From positions 1,664,001 to 1,728,000 of the forward strand of contig OZ244744.1 of NCBI GenBank assembly GCA_965219455.1: 64,000 bases of DNA. The letters run 5' to 3'. The translations under genes were made by a program, and so were the position numbers. Shown in pieces: positions 61,810 to 64,000 of this stretch. How positions within the stretch are numbered: position 1 is the stretch's first letter; each line of letters starts with the position of its first letter. The stretch is from Candidatus Latescibacterota bacterium (lineage in GTDB: Bacteria; Latescibacterota; UBA2968; GCA-2709665). A model generated the notes under the pieces. It was not told the DNA's origin. It searched no databases and worked only from the letters and a program-made list of their open reading frames with translations.

Positions 61810-63726
61810 CTATTCTATCTTCAGGATGACGTCCAGGATTCCAGGCAGCCAGGTGGCGCGGGCAAGATTGGAAGCGGATCTGAGTTCAAGAAGGGCTCCG
61901 CGCAACGTGTGTCTCGCGTCGCCCATCCGTCCGGCCGATACGAGCGCCGATGCCAGGTCCGTGTAGGTCCACGTGGTGATCCCGGCCCCACCGGACGTGG
62001 TCAGTTCGGCTGCCGCCCTGCCGAGGGTTTTGCCGGCATTGTCGACGTCGCCGGATTGCGCCTGCGCCTGCGCTATCTCCGCAAGCGCCCTGATCCTTTT
62101 ATTGGAATCCTTGATTGAACGGACGGTTGCCGTCGCCGCTTTGAATCGTTTAGCCCCTGCCTGTGCGGTTACGATCTCCCTGTAAACGGCGTCCCGCCTC
62201 GATACGCCGTCAATTATACTTGCATGATGCAGGCTGCGCTGGATCTCGCCTGTCTGCGCCTGGCGCATCGCCACGTGATAGACCAGATCTCGCTTTGCCT
62301 CGGTATCTCCAGGATTGAGCAACGCGGCGATTCCGAGCAACGTTTCGAGCTGGTCCGGCGCGATATGGTAGACCAGGTTCTGCGGCAGGTCGTCATCGTT
62401 GGCCGATCTGAGACGATGGGCAGCGGCGTCTAGGGTCCGCCTGGCGCCGTCAGCATCGCCAGCCGCCGTCTGCGCCGATGCGATATTGAATAACCACTTG
62501 ACCTGCGACGGCGATATCTCCTCGCTGACCGATTGAAAAACCCTGTCCAGGGTCTTCCGGGCGCCATTAGAATCCTCTACCTTCATCTGCGCGACTGCGA
62601 TCTGAATGAACACGTAAGGGTCAACGTCAACGAGCGAAGCAATCGTCGCTCCGGCGCTGCGAACGTCCATCCCGCGCCCCCCGGCCTGGAGAGCCCTGTC
62701 GAGGGTCATCCGGGCGGCCGTTTCCTCCCCCGCTTCCGCCTGCGCCCAGGCGACCTTGCCCAGCGCGATTGCCCGTCGATAGCCGTCGGTGATGGAACCG
62801 GCGTCCTCAACTGCCAGATCGAAGAATGCCCGGGCGTCTCCGCGTTTGCCTTCCTGCGCCAGTGCCGACGCCACGCCCGCCAACGCATCGACCCGACCCT
62901 GGATATCGTCAATGGACCTGGCGGTTGCGCGGCCGGAGGCCGTGTATCCCACCGCCGCCTGGGCCATGGCGACCTTGCTCAGACCTCGCTTGCGAAGATT
63001 ACTTTCTCCAATCGAACGGACAGCCGCGACTGCGATGCGAAAACCTTCCAGGGCGGCCCCCAGATCTCCCCGTTTCGCTGATGCCGACGCCACGCCAACC
63101 AACGCATCGATCCGCCCCTGGACATCTCTTATCGACCTGGCCGTCGCACGGGCAGAGGCGACGTCTCCGGCTTCAGCCTGAGCGGACGCGACATTGCGCA
63201 ACGCGCGGGCACGCGCATATCCACTCTTTACCGACCGTGCCGCCGCAGCCGCCTGATCGAAGTTTACCCTTGCATCCCCAGGATTGCCATCCACGGCCTG
63301 CACCGCCGCGCCCGCGGCAAACGCGCCGGCGCGAATTTCGAATTCCCAATCGGACCCCGCGTCGAACGACGTTGCGGCCTGAAGCGTCAGCCGGGAGACA
63401 CAGACGGAACTTGCCGAGGTCCAGCATTTCGCGGTTGCCTCTTCAATGGCGTTCCCAACTCGCGCCAGCGAGACCGCGCCGATTCCCTTGCCCGTTGCCA
63501 GCCTCACCGCCGCTTCGCTGGCGGGATGCGCCTCCGTAATAAACAGGAGTTTGCGCCGCGCCTCCTCAAGCAGAGCGATCGCTCGCTCCGGCGTCCGTGC
63601 GCGTTTCGCCCCCACGATATGCCGGCTCACGTCCTTCAGTAAACCGTTGACGCCGGGCTCTCGCGCTCGAGCCCATGGCGCGGCGGCAGCCAATGTGGCG
63701 GCGATGACCCAGACCGTCATCTTCAT
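61810..63726 (-). CDS. Secreted TPR-like alpha-helical repeat protein
   Basis: Signal peptide MKMTVWVIAATLAAAAPWARA; repeats AL..VA.AQA.AG...A..TARSI.D. Confidence 0.85.
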   Translation of the reverse strand: MKMTVWVIAATLAAAAPWARAREPGVNGLLKDVSRHIVGAKRARTPERAIALLEEARRKLLFITEAHPASEAAVRLATGKGIGAVSLARVGNAIEEATAKCWTSASSVCVSRLTLQAATSFDAGSDWEFEIRAGAFAAGAAVQAVDGNPGDARVNFDQAAAAARSVKSGYARARALRNVASAQAEAGDVASARATARSIRDVQGRIDALVGVASASAKRGDLGAALEGFRIAVAAVRSIGESNLRKRGLSKVAMAQAAVGYTASGRATARSIDDIQGRVDALAGVASALAQEGKRGDARAFFDLAVEDAGSITDGYRRAIALGKVAWAQAEAGEETAARMTLDRALQAGGRGMDVRSAGATIASLVDVDPYVFIQIAVAQMKVEDSNGARKTLDRVFQSVSEEISPSQVKWLFNIASAQTAAGDADGARRTLDAAAHRLRSANDDDLPQNLVYHIAPDQLETLLGIAALLNPGDTEAKRDLVYHVAMRQAQTGEIQRSLHHASIIDGVSRRDAVYREIVTAQAGAKRFKAATATVRSIKDSNKRIRALAEIAQAQAQSGDVDNAGKTLGRAAAELTTSGGAGITTWTYTDLASALVSAGRMGDARHTLRGALLELRSASNLARATWLPGILDVILKIE

Positions 63727-64000
63727 CGTGGATCCTCCGGTGCCCTGAGACAAATGCCGCGCGTGGAGAGCATCGACAAAGCGGACTTCTGCCCGCTGTT
63801 GCTACCAGGGACGCTCGTCGCAATCCGGCAGCCTGCCCGTTGTCCTAATATCGAAAGGGCGACAACTGCGCCTCGGTGACTTCCACGCCGAATCCCGGTC
63901 CGTCGACCGGCTTCATCCTTCCACCCCTGGGTACGGAAACGCCGGGGGGCCGCGCGGCTTCTTCCGGGTCAACGCCGGGTGGGCTGGCCACGAAGCACTC

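Overview
GC-rich bacterial chromosomal window. A PorV/PorQ-type barrel, an internalin-like LRR lipoprotein and a TPR-like secreted protein suggest an FCB-superphylum organism, possibly a host-associated Latescibacterota/Gemmatimonadota type; this is inference only. Ordinary metabolic genes (dcd, pyrB, glyA, sppA, cutA, ROK kinase, cold-shock protein, S9 peptidases, GNAT, NUDIX, methyltransferases, a sigma54 two-component pair) are interleaved with heavy mobile-DNA traffic. This includes four IS1380-family copies, an IS630, a 3'-truncated group II intron, a RAYT remnant with GTGG-tagged REPs, several toxin-antitoxin loci (mostly damaged) and many pseudogenes. Main candidates for novelty: (1) a 1.7-kb TIR-less element (5621-7330), bounded by TTAG repeats and subterminal hairpins, encoding a 509-aa Rep_trans-like tyrosine relaxase with a C-terminal wHTH, i.e. 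a putative rolling-circle or peel-and-paste transposon; (2) three ~160-bp MITEs with unrelated TIRs that share the same internal GCGTKG-hairpin-GCCTKG core; (3) 25-33-bp CCTG...CAGG palindromes inserted precisely, without target duplication, into the intron ribozyme; (4) attenuator-like leaders on pyrB (pyrL-like), glyA and the cold-shock gene. No rRNA, tRNA or CRISPR array was recognised.
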